DNA of 64,000 nucleotides from an uncultured Clostridia bacterium (GCA_944388565.1 CALXJG010000002.1:4247-68246), one strand, 5' to 3'; shown: positions 36,271 through 47,086, numbered from the stretch's first letter. Program-made: numbers and translations. Notes: a model not told the origin generated them from the letters alone.

Positions 36271-37560
36271 TTAAATATTTCTTTCAATTTGTTTTGAACC
36301 AAGCATACATTTATTATTGCAAAAACCATTTTTGAATAAGCATCTTGCAGTATGCCCTCCCGTTATTTCAAGGAGTTTATCTGCGTATATGCTATTTTGT
36401 ACGATTTTATTTGCAATTTCAACTTGATGACGCATTGTTTCAAGTTGTGTGCTACCACAGCATCTTTCTTCATACTTCATAATGAAAGTATCAATATTCC
36501 CTGTTTGAACAATTTTTACAATTCTTCCTTGCGGATGAATATCTATAACTTTACTTCCATCATTTAGCCATTCTTTTGAAAGAGCATTATCACTACTAAT
36601 GATTTTAGGTAAAATAAATTTTTTAATATCATTATATAAGAAACAATGCTCACTTCTATGACGCTGTACCTGGGCAAAGCATGCATAACTTGCATAATAA
36701 CTTGTTTGATATACATAACTAAATGTATCTTGTATATCAGCATATGCCGGATCTCCAATAAGAGAAAGTGTTCTTACTTTGTTAAAAGGAATTAATCCTT
36801 CAACTTGATATTCCTTTGCAAGAGATAAAAACTCTTTTAAAGCAGGTAAAGCTTGCTCATCGAAATTTTTTAATTTATAGTCTTCAAACATACAACTCAA
36901 ATAATCACACTGTGATATATATTTTTCAAACATATAAATTAAATAGTTCCATTGCCGAAGAGAAGTTGTGTATGCCATTGTAGTTAAAGGCTCAAATATA
37001 GATACAAAGTATCTGGCATTTTCTTGTGCCAATTTTTCAATAGCAAGCATTGGATTTTTTGCTTTCTCCTTGTATAGGCAAGGATATGTTTCTTTTATAA
37101 CTTTGCTAAGCTTACCTACCCACTTATTATACAGTTCTCCTTGGATATCAGTAAGATTTTCGTACTTTGTATATCTTGCTGATTTTTCAGAAGTTGTATA
37201 ATTTTTCTCATTATTTAAGAACATAGCGAGTATTTTAGGTATATTACTAATTTCAAAAGTTATATGAAAATGGTCAAAAACACTGTGGTGTCCGGATGTA
37301 AGGACTGTTTTTAACCTTCTGAAACTAGTTTCGGCACTTTCATTAAGAATTTTATCAAAGTTTTCTTTCATGTAACAGATTCCGGCAAGTTTAGCTGAGA
37401 GTAAAAGAGCTTTATATATATCAAAACTCTCATTAGAATCATAATGAGTAGAATTGAACAGTATTTTTAGTTCTTCTTCAGTTAACTTCCGAAATTCACC
37501 TAATTTGTCATTAGGATCAAGTTCGGGAACAATAGTATGCGCAACAATTTTTAATTTCAT
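36271..37560 (-). CDS. ThyX-like (Thy1 family, FAD-dependent thymidylate synthase-like) protein with internal duplication
   Basis: 429 aa. The first half reads SGHHSVFDH...SEKSARY, compared with ThyX HGHETPFEH...SGRY, but has NNE where RHR is expected. It also has ENARYF...TTSLRQW. The second half carries QRHRSEH and STQLETMRHQVEIANKI, compared with the ThyX AQxEI block. Confidence 0.6.
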   Translation of the reverse strand: MKLKIVAHTIVPELDPNDKLGEFRKLTEEELKILFNSTHYDSNESFDIYKALLLSAKLAGICYMKENFDKILNESAETSFRRLKTVLTSGHHSVFDHFHITFEISNIPKILAMFLNNEKNYTTSEKSARYTKYENLTDIQGELYNKWVGKLSKVIKETYPCLYKEKAKNPMLAIEKLAQENARYFVSIFEPLTTMAYTTSLRQWNYLIYMFEKYISQCDYLSCMFEDYKLKNFDEQALPALKEFLSLAKEYQVEGLIPFNKVRTLSLIGDPAYADIQDTFSYVYQTSYYASYACFAQVQRHRSEHCFLYNDIKKFILPKIISSDNALSKEWLNDGSKVIDIHPQGRIVKIVQTGNIDTFIMKYEERCCGSTQLETMRHQVEIANKIVQNSIYADKLLEITGGHTARCLFKNGFCNNKCMLGSKQIERNI

Positions 37561-37775
37561 CTTAAATCCTCCTAAAAAATTTTTTAAAAGCTAAGGTCTA
37601 AATTACATGTATTATACATTCAAAGAATAACAATGTCAAGAAATAATAAAAGTTATAGCTATGAAGTTAGTGCTTTATAAAGAGGCATAATTTAAGTACT
37701 TATATGCATTTTTGTTACATTTATGTTACAAAAATAAAAAAATGCTTATTTTTTCTATTTTTTTTGTAAAAAAGC

Positions 37776-37804
37776 TTGCTTTTTACATAAAACTGTTTTA
37801 TAAT
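37776..37804 (+). promoter_or_regulatory. sigma-A-type promoter of the S10 operon
   Basis: TTGCTT, 17-nt spacer, TATAAT. It lies about 220 nt upstream of the rpsJ ATG. Confidence 0.5.
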
Positions 37805-38025
37805 ATAAATGTTGATTTGCGTTGAAGTAAGATGTGGCTACTCTTTGAAGTAGGGAACTCTTATGGAGCATGTCTGATTTTAAATCGGGCGGCAAGTATA
37901 ATACTATGTATTTGCCAAATTTAAGATATGCATTAAATTTGGTTTTTATATGGATTATTTTGAAACACACGGGGTAGTGTAAAACTTGCTTCGCCAACAA
38001 ATTATAGAAAAGGAGTGTTTTACAA

Positions 38026-38343
38026 ATGGCAAAAGTAGAAACAAAAAAAATGAGAATAAGATTAAAGGCTTATGATCATGTTGTGCTAGAGCAAGCAGCA
38101 TCAAAGATAGTTGAAGTAGCTAAGAAAACAGGATCTGAAGTTTCAGGACCAATTCCACTACCAACTAGAAAAGAAATCGTTACAATATTACGTTCTCCAC
38201 ATAAAGATAAAGATTCAAGAGAACAATTTGAAATGAGAACTCATAAAAGAGTTATCGATGTTATTGCACCAAATCAAGCAACTGTTGATGCATTAATGTC
38301 AATAGATATGCCAGCTGGTGTAGAAATAGAAGTAAAATTATAA
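38026..38343 (+). CDS. rpsJ: 30S ribosomal protein S10
   Basis: Conserved sequence ([10 protein letters not shown]...) and first position in the S10 operon. Confidence 0.95.
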   Translation: MAKVETKKMRIRLKAYDHVVLEQAASKIVEVAKKTGSEVSGPIPLPTRKEIVTILRSPHKDKDSREQFEMRTHKRVIDVIAPNQATVDALMSIDMPAGVEIEVKL

Positions 38344-38465
38344 TTTGAACTTTTAAAATTATTAGTAGCTAACCTAAAAATAGGCAATAGCGTACCCTAT
38401 ACTAAGAATTTGAACTATGAAAATAGTAAAGTTTAAAAACGTTTATTTAAAGGGAGGAAAACAAA

Positions 38466-39092
38466 ATGGTTAAAGAAGTTTACGGAAAAAAAGTCGGTAT
38501 GACACAAATCTTTAATGAAGATGGTAAAGCAATACCAGTTACAGCAATTGAAGTTGAACCTTTAACAGTAGTTGGTAAAAAGACAGCTGAAAAAGAAGGT
38601 TATAACGCGGTAGTTGTTGCTTTCGGTGACATTAGAGAAAAAAATGTAAATAAACCAAGAAAAGGTGTATTTGCAAAAGCAGGTGTTGAAGTTAAAAGAC
38701 ACTTAAGAGAAATAAAAGTTGAAAATCTTGATGAATATGAAATTGGAAGTAAAATTACAGTAGATGCATTTACTACAGAAGATAGAGTAGATGTACAAGG
38801 TATTTCAAAAGGTAAAGGATTCCAAGGAAATATTAAAAGACATGGACAACACAGAGGACCTATGGCTCATGGTTCTATGTACCACAGAAGACCAGGTTCA
38901 ATGGGTGCAACTTCTACTCCAGGTAGAGTATTTAAAGGTAAAAAGTTACCAGGACATATGGGTAATGTAGTTTCATCTATATTAAACTTAGAAGTTGTTA
39001 AAGTAGATACTGACAAAAATGTACTTTTAGTAAAAGGTTCTATACCAGGTGCTAAAAAAGCAATTGTTAGAGTAAAGAAAAGTGTAAAGTAA
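38466..39092 (+). CDS. rplC: 50S ribosomal protein L3
   Basis: GKKVGMTQIF... and operon order. Confidence 0.95.
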   Translation: MVKEVYGKKVGMTQIFNEDGKAIPVTAIEVEPLTVVGKKTAEKEGYNAVVVAFGDIREKNVNKPRKGVFAKAGVEVKRHLREIKVENLDEYEIGSKITVDAFTTEDRVDVQGISKGKGFQGNIKRHGQHRGPMAHGSMYHRRPGSMGATSTPGRVFKGKKLPGHMGNVVSSILNLEVVKVDTDKNVLLVKGSIPGAKKAIVRVKKSVK

Positions 39093-39118
39093 GAAAGAGA
39101 TAGGAAGGAGGAAATAAA

Positions 39119-39739
39119 ATGCTTAAGGTAGACGTTTTAAATATGGAAGGTAAAAAAGTAGGCGATATTGAGTTAAATGAATCTGTATTTGGTGTTGAAG
39201 TAAATGACATAGTTGTACATACAGCTTTAGTTAATTATTTAGCTAATCAAAGACAAGGTACTCAATCTACTAAGACAAGAGCTGAAGTTCGTGGTGGTGG
39301 AAGAAAACCATGGAGACAAAAAGGAACTGGTAGAGCAAGACAAGGAAGCATTAGAGCTCCACAATGGATTAAAGGTGGTATTGCACTTGGACCAAAACCA
39401 AGATCATATAAATATGCAATTCCTAAAAAAATGAGACAACTTGCATTAAAATCAGTTTTAACTTCTAAAGTTCAAGAAGGTAACCTAGTAGTTGTTGATA
39501 AATTAGAATTAAATGAAATCAAAACTAAAAATATGGTTAACGTTTTAAATAATTTAAAAGTTAATAAAGCATTAGTAGTATTAGACAGTAAAAATTTAAA
39601 TGTTCAAGCATCTGCTAGAAATATTGAAAATGTTAAAACAAGTCTAGTAAATACAATAAATGTATATGATTTATTAAAATATGATTCATTAGTTTTAACA
39701 GAAGATGCTATAAAGAAAATAGAGGAGGTGTACGCTTAA
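39119..39739 (+). CDS. rplD: 50S ribosomal protein L4
   Basis: [19 protein letters not shown] motif and operon order. Confidence 0.95.
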   Translation: MLKVDVLNMEGKKVGDIELNESVFGVEVNDIVVHTALVNYLANQRQGTQSTKTRAEVRGGGRKPWRQKGTGRARQGSIRAPQWIKGGIALGPKPRSYKYAIPKKMRQLALKSVLTSKVQEGNLVVVDKLELNEIKTKNMVNVLNNLKVNKALVVLDSKNLNVQASARNIENVKTSLVNTINVYDLLKYDSLVLTEDAIKKIEEVYA

Positions 39740-39740
39740 T

Positions 39741-40103
39741 ATGAAATACGCAGAAGATATAATTATAAAACCTATAATGACAGAAAAATCTTATACTAAT
39801 ATAGCAATGGGAAAATATACTTTTAAAGTTGCAGTTAATGCTACAAAAATAGAAATAAAAAATGCAGTAGAAGAATTATTTGGTGTTAAGGTTTTAAAAG
39901 TAAATACAATGAGATATGACGGAAAAAATAAAAGAGTTGGAGTACACCAAGGCACAACATCAGCTTGGAAAAAAGCAATCGTACAAATTGATACAAACCC
40001 AGCAGATGAAAAATATCTTGCTAAAGGTGGAAAAGAAGTAAAATCTAATAAAAAATATAAAACTGAAATAGAAGAAATCAGTTCAGCATTTGGAACTAAC
40101 TAG
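39741..40103 (+). CDS. rplW: 50S ribosomal protein L23 (with an extended C-terminal region)
   Basis: KPIMTEKS...YTFKV...[10 protein letters not shown] core. At 120 aa it is longer than the usual ~95 aa. Confidence 0.9.
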   Translation: MKYAEDIIIKPIMTEKSYTNIAMGKYTFKVAVNATKIEIKNAVEELFGVKVLKVNTMRYDGKNKRVGVHQGTTSAWKKAIVQIDTNPADEKYLAKGGKEVKSNKKYKTEIEEISSAFGTN

Positions 40104-40115
40104 GAGGGAATAAAA

Positions 40116-40949
40116 ATGGGAATAAAATCATTTAGACCTGTTACTCCATCATTAAGAAATACTACAGTTTTAACTAACGAAGAAATTACTAAAAAATCAC
40201 CAGAAAAAAGTTTATTAACAGTAGCTAAGAAAAAAGCTGGTAGAAACAATTCTGGTAAAATAACTGTTAGACATCATGGTGGCGGAAACAGAAGAAAGTA
40301 TAGAATAATTGATTTTAAAAGAAATAAAGTTGATATGGAAGCAACTGTAATTGGTATAGAATATGACCCAAACAGAACTGCAAATATTGCTTTAATCGAA
40401 TATACAGATGGTGAAAGAGCATATATAATTGCTCCACTTGGTCTTACAGATGGTGATAAAGTTATATCAGCTGAAAAAGCAGATATAAAACCAGGTAATT
40501 GTATGGCAATTAGTTCAATACCTGTTGGTACAATGATATATAACATTGAACTACATAAAGGGAAAGGTGCACAACTTGTAAGAAGTGCAGGTATGTCAGC
40601 ACAACTTATGGCAAAAGAAGGAAAATATGCACATGTAAGAATGCCTTCTGGAGAAATGAGACTTATATCTGTAGAATGTAGAGCTTGTATTGGTCAAGTT
40701 GGTAATACTGATCATGAAAACGTTAAATTAGGTAAAGCTGGAAGAACTAGACATATGGGAATTAGACCTACTGTAAGAGGTAGTGTTATGAACCCAGTTG
40801 ATCACCCACATGGTGGTGGTGAAGGTAGAGCTCCAGTTGGTCATGCAGGACCTATGACACCTTGGGGTAAACCAGCACTTGGTTATAAAACAAGAAAAAC
40901 AAATCATAGAACAGATAAATATATTGTTAAAAGAAGAAACAGTAAATAA
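40116..40949 (+). CDS. rplB: 50S ribosomal protein L2
   Basis: [18 protein letters not shown] and [13 protein letters not shown] motifs. Confidence 0.95.
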   Translation: MGIKSFRPVTPSLRNTTVLTNEEITKKSPEKSLLTVAKKKAGRNNSGKITVRHHGGGNRRKYRIIDFKRNKVDMEATVIGIEYDPNRTANIALIEYTDGERAYIIAPLGLTDGDKVISAEKADIKPGNCMAISSIPVGTMIYNIELHKGKGAQLVRSAGMSAQLMAKEGKYAHVRMPSGEMRLISVECRACIGQVGNTDHENVKLGKAGRTRHMGIRPTVRGSVMNPVDHPHGGGEGRAPVGHAGPMTPWGKPALGYKTRKTNHRTDKYIVKRRNSK

Positions 40950-40978
40950 AAATAATAGAGATATTGGAGGTAAAGAAT

Positions 40979-41260
40979 ATGTCAAGATCGCTTAAAAAAG
41001 GACCATATGTTGATGAAAGACTACTTGCAAAAGTAGAAAAATTAAACGCTGAAGATAAAAAAGAAGCATTAAAAACATGGTCAAGAGCTTCTACAATATA
41101 TCCTCAAATGATTGGTCATACAATAGCAGTACACGATGGAAGAAAACATGTACCAGTATATATTACTGAGGAAATGGTAGGACATAAATTAGGAGAATTT
41201 GCTCCAACAAGACTTTTCAGAGGACATGCAGGAGATAAAAAATCAAGTTTAAAAAAATAG
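40979..41260 (+). CDS. rpsS: 30S ribosomal protein S19
   Basis: [12 protein letters not shown]... from ATG 40979, which is preceded by GGAGG. Confidence 0.95.
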   Translation: MSRSLKKGPYVDERLLAKVEKLNAEDKKEALKTWSRASTIYPQMIGHTIAVHDGRKHVPVYITEEMVGHKLGEFAPTRLFRGHAGDKKSSLKK

Positions 41261-41289
41261 TTAAAAACTAAAAAAGGAGGAGCCTTAAA

Positions 41290-41631
41290 ATGGATGAGAA
41301 AATAGCAAGAGCAGAACTACGTCATGCAAGAATAAGTGCAAGAAAAGTTAAAATAGTTATTGATCTTATTAGAGGAAAAAAAGTTAAAGAAGCAATAGCT
41401 ATACTTAAGTATACTAATAAAGCTGCAGCACCTATGGTTGAAAAACTTGTTAAATCAGCTATGGCAAATGCAGTAAATAATCATCAAATGGATGAGACTA
41501 AGCTATATATTAGCGAAATATACGCTAATCAAGGACCTACAATGAAAAGAATTATGCCTAGAGCTAAAGGTAGTGCAAATAGAATAAGAAAAAGAACAAG
41601 TCACATAGTTGTAGTTTTAAAAGAAGCTTAA
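41290..41631 (+). CDS. rplV: 50S ribosomal protein L22
   Basis: Conserved core (RISARKVKIVIDLIRGK) and operon order. Confidence 0.95.
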   Translation: MDEKIARAELRHARISARKVKIVIDLIRGKKVKEAIAILKYTNKAAAPMVEKLVKSAMANAVNNHQMDETKLYISEIYANQGPTMKRIMPRAKGSANRIRKRTSHIVVVLKEA

Positions 41632-41655
41632 TTTGAAGAAGGAGGTAATTAGAAA

Positions 41656-42312
41656 ATGGGTCAAAAAGTTAGTCCACACGGACTTAGAGTTGGAATAATA
41701 AAAGATTGGTCATCAACTTGGTATGCAAACAAACAAGACTTTTCAAAAAATCTAGTTGAAGATCATAAAATTCGTACATATCTAAAAGACTCACTTAAAT
41801 CAGCTGGAATTAATGAAATAAAAATAGCAAGAAAAGGAAATAAAGTTCTAGTTGATATATGTACAGCAAAACCAGGAATGATCATTGGTAAAGGTGGAGC
41901 TGCTATAGAAGAATTAAGAGCTAGATTAGGTAAGATGGTAAATAAAGAAGTTTCTTTAAATATTGTTGAAATTAAAGATATAGATATGGCTGCACAACTT
42001 GTAGCTGAAAATATAGCTTTACAATTAGAAAAAAGAATATCTTTTAGAAAAGCAATGAAACAAGCAATGCAAAAAACAATGAAAGCAGGTGCACTTGGAA
42101 TAAAAACTGCTGTATCTGGACGTTTAGGTGGAGCAGAAATTGCAAGAACTGAACATTACAGCGAGGGTACTATACCTCTACAAACTTTAAGAGCTGATAT
42201 CGATTATGGTTTTGCAGAAGCATTAACTACATATGGAATAATTGGTGTTAAAGTTTGGATATACAAAGGTGAAGTACTACCTAGCAAAAAAGAAGTAAAA
42301 GGAGGTAACTAA
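41656..42312 (+). CDS. rpsC: 30S ribosomal protein S3
   Basis: [14 protein letters not shown]... is the canonical N-terminus. Confidence 0.95.
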   Translation: MGQKVSPHGLRVGIIKDWSSTWYANKQDFSKNLVEDHKIRTYLKDSLKSAGINEIKIARKGNKVLVDICTAKPGMIIGKGGAAIEELRARLGKMVNKEVSLNIVEIKDIDMAAQLVAENIALQLEKRISFRKAMKQAMQKTMKAGALGIKTAVSGRLGGAEIARTEHYSEGTIPLQTLRADIDYGFAEALTTYGIIGVKVWIYKGEVLPSKKEVKGGN

Positions 42313-42314
42313 AA

Positions 42315-42749
42315 ATGTTGTCACCAAAAAGAACAAAATTTAGAAAAGTACAAAAAGGTTCAAATAAAGGTAGAGCATCAAGAGGAACTAGAGTTGTAGA
42401 TGGAGAATACGGTTTACAAGCTTTAGAACCAGCTTGGATAACAGCAAACCAAATAGAAGCTGTTAGGGTAACTTTATCTAGATATACAAAAAAAGTTGGT
42501 AAAACTTGGATAAAAATATTTCCAGATAAACCAATAACTAAAAAACCAGCTGAAACTCGTATGGGTTCAGGTAAAGGTAATCCAGAATACTTTGTTGCAG
42601 TAGTAAAACCAGGAAGAATTTTATTTGAAGTAGCTGGTTTAGGAGAAGCAACAAGTAAGGAAGCATTAAAAAAAGCAATGCATAAACTTCCTATAAAATG
42701 TAAAATAGTAAGTAAGGCTGAGCAAGAGATGGAAGAAAAGGGGGAGTAA
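42315..42749 (+). CDS. rplP: 50S ribosomal protein L16
   Basis: [11 protein letters not shown]... and operon order. Confidence 0.95.
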   Translation: MLSPKRTKFRKVQKGSNKGRASRGTRVVDGEYGLQALEPAWITANQIEAVRVTLSRYTKKVGKTWIKIFPDKPITKKPAETRMGSGKGNPEYFVAVVKPGRILFEVAGLGEATSKEALKKAMHKLPIKCKIVSKAEQEMEEKGE

Positions 42750-42752
42750 TAA

Positions 42753-42953
42753 ATGAAATCTAGTAAAATGAAAGAATATACAAATATGACTGTAGAAGAT
42801 TTACAAAAAGAATTAAAAGAGTTAAAACAAGAACTATTTAAATTAAGATTTCAACATGCCCTTAATGGTCTTGACAACCCTAAAAAAATGTCATTAGTTA
42901 AGAAGAATATAGCAAGAGTTAATACAGCAATAACTATGAAAAAAGGTAATTAG
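42753..42953 (+). CDS. rpmC: 50S ribosomal protein L29
   Basis: [18 protein letters not shown] core and operon order. Confidence 0.9.
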   Translation: MKSSKMKEYTNMTVEDLQKELKELKQELFKLRFQHALNGLDNPKKMSLVKKNIARVNTAITMKKGN

Positions 42954-42976
42954 TGGTAAAGGAGGAAAAAGGACAC

Positions 42977-43231
42977 ATGGAAAGAAATTTAAGAAAAACT
43001 AAAATTGGTAAAGTGGTAAGTAATAAAATGGACAAAACTATTGTTGTAAGAATCGATACAAAAACTAAAGATCCACTTTATGGTAAAATAGTTAATAAAA
43101 CTTTAAAAGTTAAAGCTCATGATGAAAATAATGAGTGCAATATTGGCGACATGGTAGAAGTAATGGAAACTAGACCACTAAGCAAAGATAAAAGATATAG
43201 ACTAGTAAGAGTTGTGGAAAAAGTTAAATAG
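42977..43231 (+). CDS. rpsQ: 30S ribosomal protein S17
   Basis: [24 protein letters not shown] from ATG 42977, which is preceded by GGAGGA. Confidence 0.95.
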   Translation: MERNLRKTKIGKVVSNKMDKTIVVRIDTKTKDPLYGKIVNKTLKVKAHDENNECNIGDMVEVMETRPLSKDKRYRLVRVVEKVK

Positions 43232-43261
43232 TAATAAATAGTTTGAAGGGAGGACTAATCC

Positions 43262-43630
43262 ATGATACAACAACAATCATTGTTAAAAGTTGCTGATAAT
43301 ACAGGAGCTAAAGAGATTATGTGTATTCGTGTTCTAGGCGGAAGCTATAGAAAATGGGGAAACATAGGAGATATTATAGTTGCTTCTGTTAAAAAAGCAG
43401 CACCAGGAGGAGCTGTAAAAAAAGGTGACGTTGTAAAAGCAGTTATTGTAAGAACAAAAAGAGGTCTAAGACGTGATGATGGTTCATATATAAGATTTGA
43501 TGAAAATGCAGCTGTAATAATTAAAGATGATAAAACTCCAAGAGGTACACGTATTTTTGGACCAGTAGCAAGAGAACTAAGAGATAATGACTTTATGAAG
43601 ATTATATCTCTAGCACCAGAAGTTCTTTAA
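43262..43630 (+). CDS. rplN: 50S ribosomal protein L14
   Basis: [17 protein letters not shown] is canonical. Confidence 0.95.
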   Translation: MIQQQSLLKVADNTGAKEIMCIRVLGGSYRKWGNIGDIIVASVKKAAPGGAVKKGDVVKAVIVRTKRGLRRDDGSYIRFDENAAVIIKDDKTPRGTRIFGPVARELRDNDFMKIISLAPEVL

Positions 43631-43649
43631 ATTTCGGAGGTGAAAGAAA

Positions 43650-43970
43650 GTGATATCAAAATTAAAATTAAAAAAAGGCGATACAGTAATAGTTAACACT
43701 GGTTCTGAAAAAGGAAAAAAAGGTGAAATTATTAAAGTAGATAGAAAAAATGGTAAAGTACTTGTAAAAGGAATCAATGTTAGAACTATGCATGTTAAAG
43801 CTAAAAAACAAGGACAAGAATCTGGAATTATAAAAAGAGAATGTCCAATAAATGCTTCAAAAGTAAGTTTTTATTGTGATAAATGTGAAAAAGGTGTAAG
43901 ACTTGGAATAAAAGTTTTAGAAGATGGAACAAAACAAAGATTTTGCAAAAAATGTGAAGAAGTAAAGTAA
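43650..43970 (+). CDS. rplX: 50S ribosomal protein L24 (Cys-containing C-terminus)
   Basis: KOW motif [21 protein letters not shown] and operon position. GTG start after GGAGGTG. The C-terminus contains CDKC...CKKC. Confidence 0.9.
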   Translation: MISKLKLKKGDTVIVNTGSEKGKKGEIIKVDRKNGKVLVKGINVRTMHVKAKKQGQESGIIKRECPINASKVSFYCDKCEKGVRLGIKVLEDGTKQRFCKKCEEVK

Positions 43971-43986
43971 AGGAGGGGAAAATCAC

Positions 43987-44526
43987 ATGAACCTTAAAGA
44001 AAGATATAAAACAGAAATTGCTCCTGCATTAAAAGAAAAGTTCGGTTATAAATCAATAATGCAAGCACCAAAGTTAGAGAAAATAGTTATAAATATGGGT
44101 ATTTCTGATATAAAAGAAAATTCTAAAGCTTTAGAAATGTCAATGAGAGATTTAGAGCTTATAGCTGGACAAAGACCAGTAGTCACAAAAGCAAAAAAAT
44201 CTATCGCTGCTTTTAAAGTAAGAGAAGGTATGGATCTTGGTTGTAAAGTAACATTAAGATCAGATAAAATGTATGATTTTGCTACTAAATTATTTAATGT
44301 AGCACTTCCTCGTGTAAGAGATTTTAAGGGATTAAATCCTAACTCTTTTGATGGAAGAGGTAATTATTCAATGGGAGTTAAAGAACAATTAATATTCCCT
44401 GAAATTGAGTATGATAAAATAGATAAAATAAGAGGAATGGACATTATCTTTGTAACAACTGCAAAGACTGATGAAGAAGCAAAAGCATTACTAGAAATGT
44501 TAGGCTTACCATTCGCTACAAAGTAA
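43987..44526 (+). CDS. rplE: 50S ribosomal protein L5
   Basis: LKERYKTEI...NMGI... core and operon order. Confidence 0.95.
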   Translation: MNLKERYKTEIAPALKEKFGYKSIMQAPKLEKIVINMGISDIKENSKALEMSMRDLELIAGQRPVVTKAKKSIAAFKVREGMDLGCKVTLRSDKMYDFATKLFNVALPRVRDFKGLNPNSFDGRGNYSMGVKEQLIFPEIEYDKIDKIRGMDIIFVTTAKTDEEAKALLEMLGLPFATK

Positions 44527-44539
44527 GGAGGACTTAAGC

Positions 44540-44725
44540 ATGGCAAAAAAATCTATGATAGCTAAACAACAAAGACAACCTAAGTTTAGCACAAGATATT
44601 ATAACAGATGTAAAATATGTGGAAGACCACATTCTTACATGAGAAAATATGGAATATGCCGTCTATGCTTCAGAAAATTAGCATATCAAGGAGAAATACC
44701 AGGAGTAAAAAAAGCAAGCTGGTAA
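44540..44725 (+). CDS. rpsN: 30S ribosomal protein S14, type Z (zinc-binding, 61 aa)
   Basis: [20 protein letters not shown] gives two CxxC pairs. The short 61-aa form is diagnostic of type Z. Confidence 0.95.
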   Translation: MAKKSMIAKQQRQPKFSTRYYNRCKICGRPHSYMRKYGICRLCFRKLAYQGEIPGVKKASW

Positions 44726-44744
44726 AAAAGGAGGTAAAAAATCA

Positions 44745-45134
44745 ATGAATGATCCAATTTCAGACATGTTAACAAGAATAAGAAACGCTAACGATGCAAG
44801 ACATGACACAGTTGATGTTCCTTATTCAAAAGTTAAAAAAGCAATAGCTGATATATTGGTAGCTGAAGGTTTTGTGGCTTCTGCTGATACATTAGGAGAA
44901 GGAACTCATAAAACAATCAGAATTACTTTAAAATATGAAGGCAAAACAAAAGTATTACAAGGTTTAAAAAGAATTAGTAAACCAGGTCTTAGAATATATG
45001 CAAACGTTGAAGAATTACCTAGAGTATTAAATGGTCTAGGAATTGCTATAATTTCTACTTCAAAAGGTATTATGACAGATAAAGAAGCAAGAAAACAAAA
45101 TGTTGCAGGTGAAGTATTAGCATATATTTGGTAA
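44745..45134 (+). CDS. rpsH: 30S ribosomal protein S8
   Basis: [14 protein letters not shown] is canonical. Confidence 0.95.
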   Translation: MNDPISDMLTRIRNANDARHDTVDVPYSKVKKAIADILVAEGFVASADTLGEGTHKTIRITLKYEGKTKVLQGLKRISKPGLRIYANVEELPRVLNGLGIAIISTSKGIMTDKEARKQNVAGEVLAYIW

Positions 45135-45165
45135 TTAATTAAATTAAGAAAAAGGAGGGTATACC

Positions 45166-45702
45166 ATGTCAAGAATAGGTAAAAATCCTATCGCAATACC
45201 ACAAGGTGTTGATGTTAAAATTGAAGACCATACTGTTACAGTAAAAGGACCTAAAGGTACTTTAACAAATACTTTTTTAAAAGACGTAAATATTGAAGTT
45301 AAAGATGGTAAAGTTGTTGTAACTTTAGTAAATGAGAAAGCTGGAAACATACATGGACTAACTAGAACTTTAATTTCAAATATGATAATAGGTGTAACAG
45401 AAGGTTTTGAAAAAGCATTAGAAATAAACGGTATAGGATACAGAGCACAAAAACAAGGTAAAAAATTAGTATTAACTTTAGGTTATTCTCATCCAGTTGA
45501 AGTAGAAGAACCAGAAGGAATTACTATAGATGTTCCAGCACAAAACTCTATAATTGTAAAAGGTATTGATAAACAATTAGTAGGTCAAGTTGCTGCTAAT
45601 ATCAGAGAATATAAATTACCAGAACCATATAAAGGTAAAGGTATTAAATACGTTGGCGAACATATAAGAAGAAAAGAAGGTAAAGCTGGCGGTAAGAAAT
45701 AA
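45166..45702 (+). CDS. rplF: 50S ribosomal protein L6
   Basis: [15 protein letters not shown] is canonical. Confidence 0.95.
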   Translation: MSRIGKNPIAIPQGVDVKIEDHTVTVKGPKGTLTNTFLKDVNIEVKDGKVVVTLVNEKAGNIHGLTRTLISNMIIGVTEGFEKALEINGIGYRAQKQGKKLVLTLGYSHPVEVEEPEGITIDVPAQNSIIVKGIDKQLVGQVAANIREYKLPEPYKGKGIKYVGEHIRRKEGKAGGKK

Positions 45703-45731
45703 ACCTAAAATAAAAGGAGGGAAACTTACAC

Positions 45732-46091
45732 ATGATTAACAAAAAAAGTAAAAAAGAAACTAGAGCTGTTAGACAAAAAAGAGTTAGAGCTACAGTAAAA
45801 GGTACAGCACAAAGACCAAGACTATGTGTATTTAGAAGTATAAATAATATTTATGCACAAATCATTGATGATGATAAGCAAGTAACTTTACTACAAGCTT
45901 CAACTTTAGATAAAGAAGTTAAAACTAAAGCATCTAATATAGAAGCTGCAAAAGAAGTAGGTGCACTTGTTGCTAAACGTGCATTAGAAAAAGATATAAA
46001 AGCTGTAGTTTTTGATAGAAATGGTTATTTATATCATGGAAAAGTTCAAGCTTTAGCAGAAGCTGCAAGAGAAGCAGGACTTGAATTCTAA
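45732..46091 (+). CDS. rplR: 50S ribosomal protein L18
   Basis: [20 protein letters not shown] and [26 protein letters not shown]. Confidence 0.95.
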   Translation: MINKKSKKETRAVRQKRVRATVKGTAQRPRLCVFRSINNIYAQIIDDDKQVTLLQASTLDKEVKTKASNIEAAKEVGALVAKRALEKDIKAVVFDRNGYLYHGKVQALAEAAREAGLEF

Positions 46092-46113
46092 TTAAGAAAG
46101 GAGTAACCCAAAA

Positions 46114-46614
46114 ATGGCTGAAACAAAACAAGAAAAGCAAGAATTAAAAGAAAAAGTTGTTAATGTAAATAGAGTTACTAAAGTTGTTAAAGGTGGTAGA
46201 ACTTTTAGATTTAGTGTACTTGTTGTAGTTGGTGATGAAAAGGGTAAAGTTGGTGTTGGAACAGGAAAATCATCTGAAGTACCTGAAGCTATAAAAAAAG
46301 CAACTGAAGAAGCTAAGAAAAATTTAGTTGAAATTTCACTAGTTAATGGTACAATACCACATGAATTAACAGTAAACTTTGGTTCATCTAAGATTATATT
46401 AAAGCCAGCAGTTGAAGGTACAGGTGTTATCGCTGGTGGAGCAGTAAGACCAGTATTAGAGCTTGCAGGTGTTAAAAATGTAACAGCTAAAACTTTAGGA
46501 TCTCGTAATAGCAGAAATGTAGTTTATGCTACAATGAAAGCTTTAAAATCTATGAGAACACCTGAAGAAGTTGCAAGACTTAGAGGAAAAACTGTCGCAG
46601 AAATATTAAAATAA
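46114..46614 (+). CDS. rpsE: 30S ribosomal protein S5
   Basis: [24 protein letters not shown] is canonical. Confidence 0.95.
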   Translation: MAETKQEKQELKEKVVNVNRVTKVVKGGRTFRFSVLVVVGDEKGKVGVGTGKSSEVPEAIKKATEEAKKNLVEISLVNGTIPHELTVNFGSSKIILKPAVEGTGVIAGGAVRPVLELAGVKNVTAKTLGSRNSRNVVYATMKALKSMRTPEEVARLRGKTVAEILK

Positions 46615-46644
46615 TAATTATAGAAGGAAGGAGGAACTTCAGGT

Positions 46645-47085
46645 ATGAAAATACAAGATTTAGGCCCAGCATATGGATCAACAACTTCAAGATTAAGAAA
46701 GGGTAGAGGAACTGGATCAGGACTTGGAAAAACAGCAGGTAAAGGTCATAAAGGACAAAAAGCAAGAACTGGTGGAAGTATAAGAAGAGGATTCGAAGGT
46801 GGACAAACACCATTATATAGAAGAATTCCAAAAAGAGGCTTCACTAATCATTTTGCAACTGAGTATGCAATTGTTAATCTAGCTGATTTAGAGAGATTTG
46901 ATAATGATACTGTTGTGGATGTTAATGTTTTACTTTCTGAAGGAATAATAAAAAAAGAACTAGACGGAGTTAAAGTATTAGGTAATGGTAACTTAACTAA
47001 AAAACTAACAGTGATAGCTACAAAATTTTCTAAATCTGCTGAAGAAAAAATTAAAGCTGCAGGTGGAAAGATAGAGGTGAAGTAA
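46645..47085 (+). CDS. rplO: 50S ribosomal protein L15
   Basis: [24 protein letters not shown] is canonical. It follows rpsE after only 30 nt, so no rpmD lies between them. Confidence 0.95.
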   Translation: MKIQDLGPAYGSTTSRLRKGRGTGSGLGKTAGKGHKGQKARTGGSIRRGFEGGQTPLYRRIPKRGFTNHFATEYAIVNLADLERFDNDTVVDVNVLLSEGIIKKELDGVKVLGNGNLTKKLTVIATKFSKSAEEKIKAAGGKIEVK

Positions 47086-47086
47086 T

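Noticed and set aside
37755-38000. 81-aa minus-strand ORF upstream of rpsJ
   Set aside because: It lies across the S10 promoter and leader and has no SD. Its composition is typical of a chance ORF.
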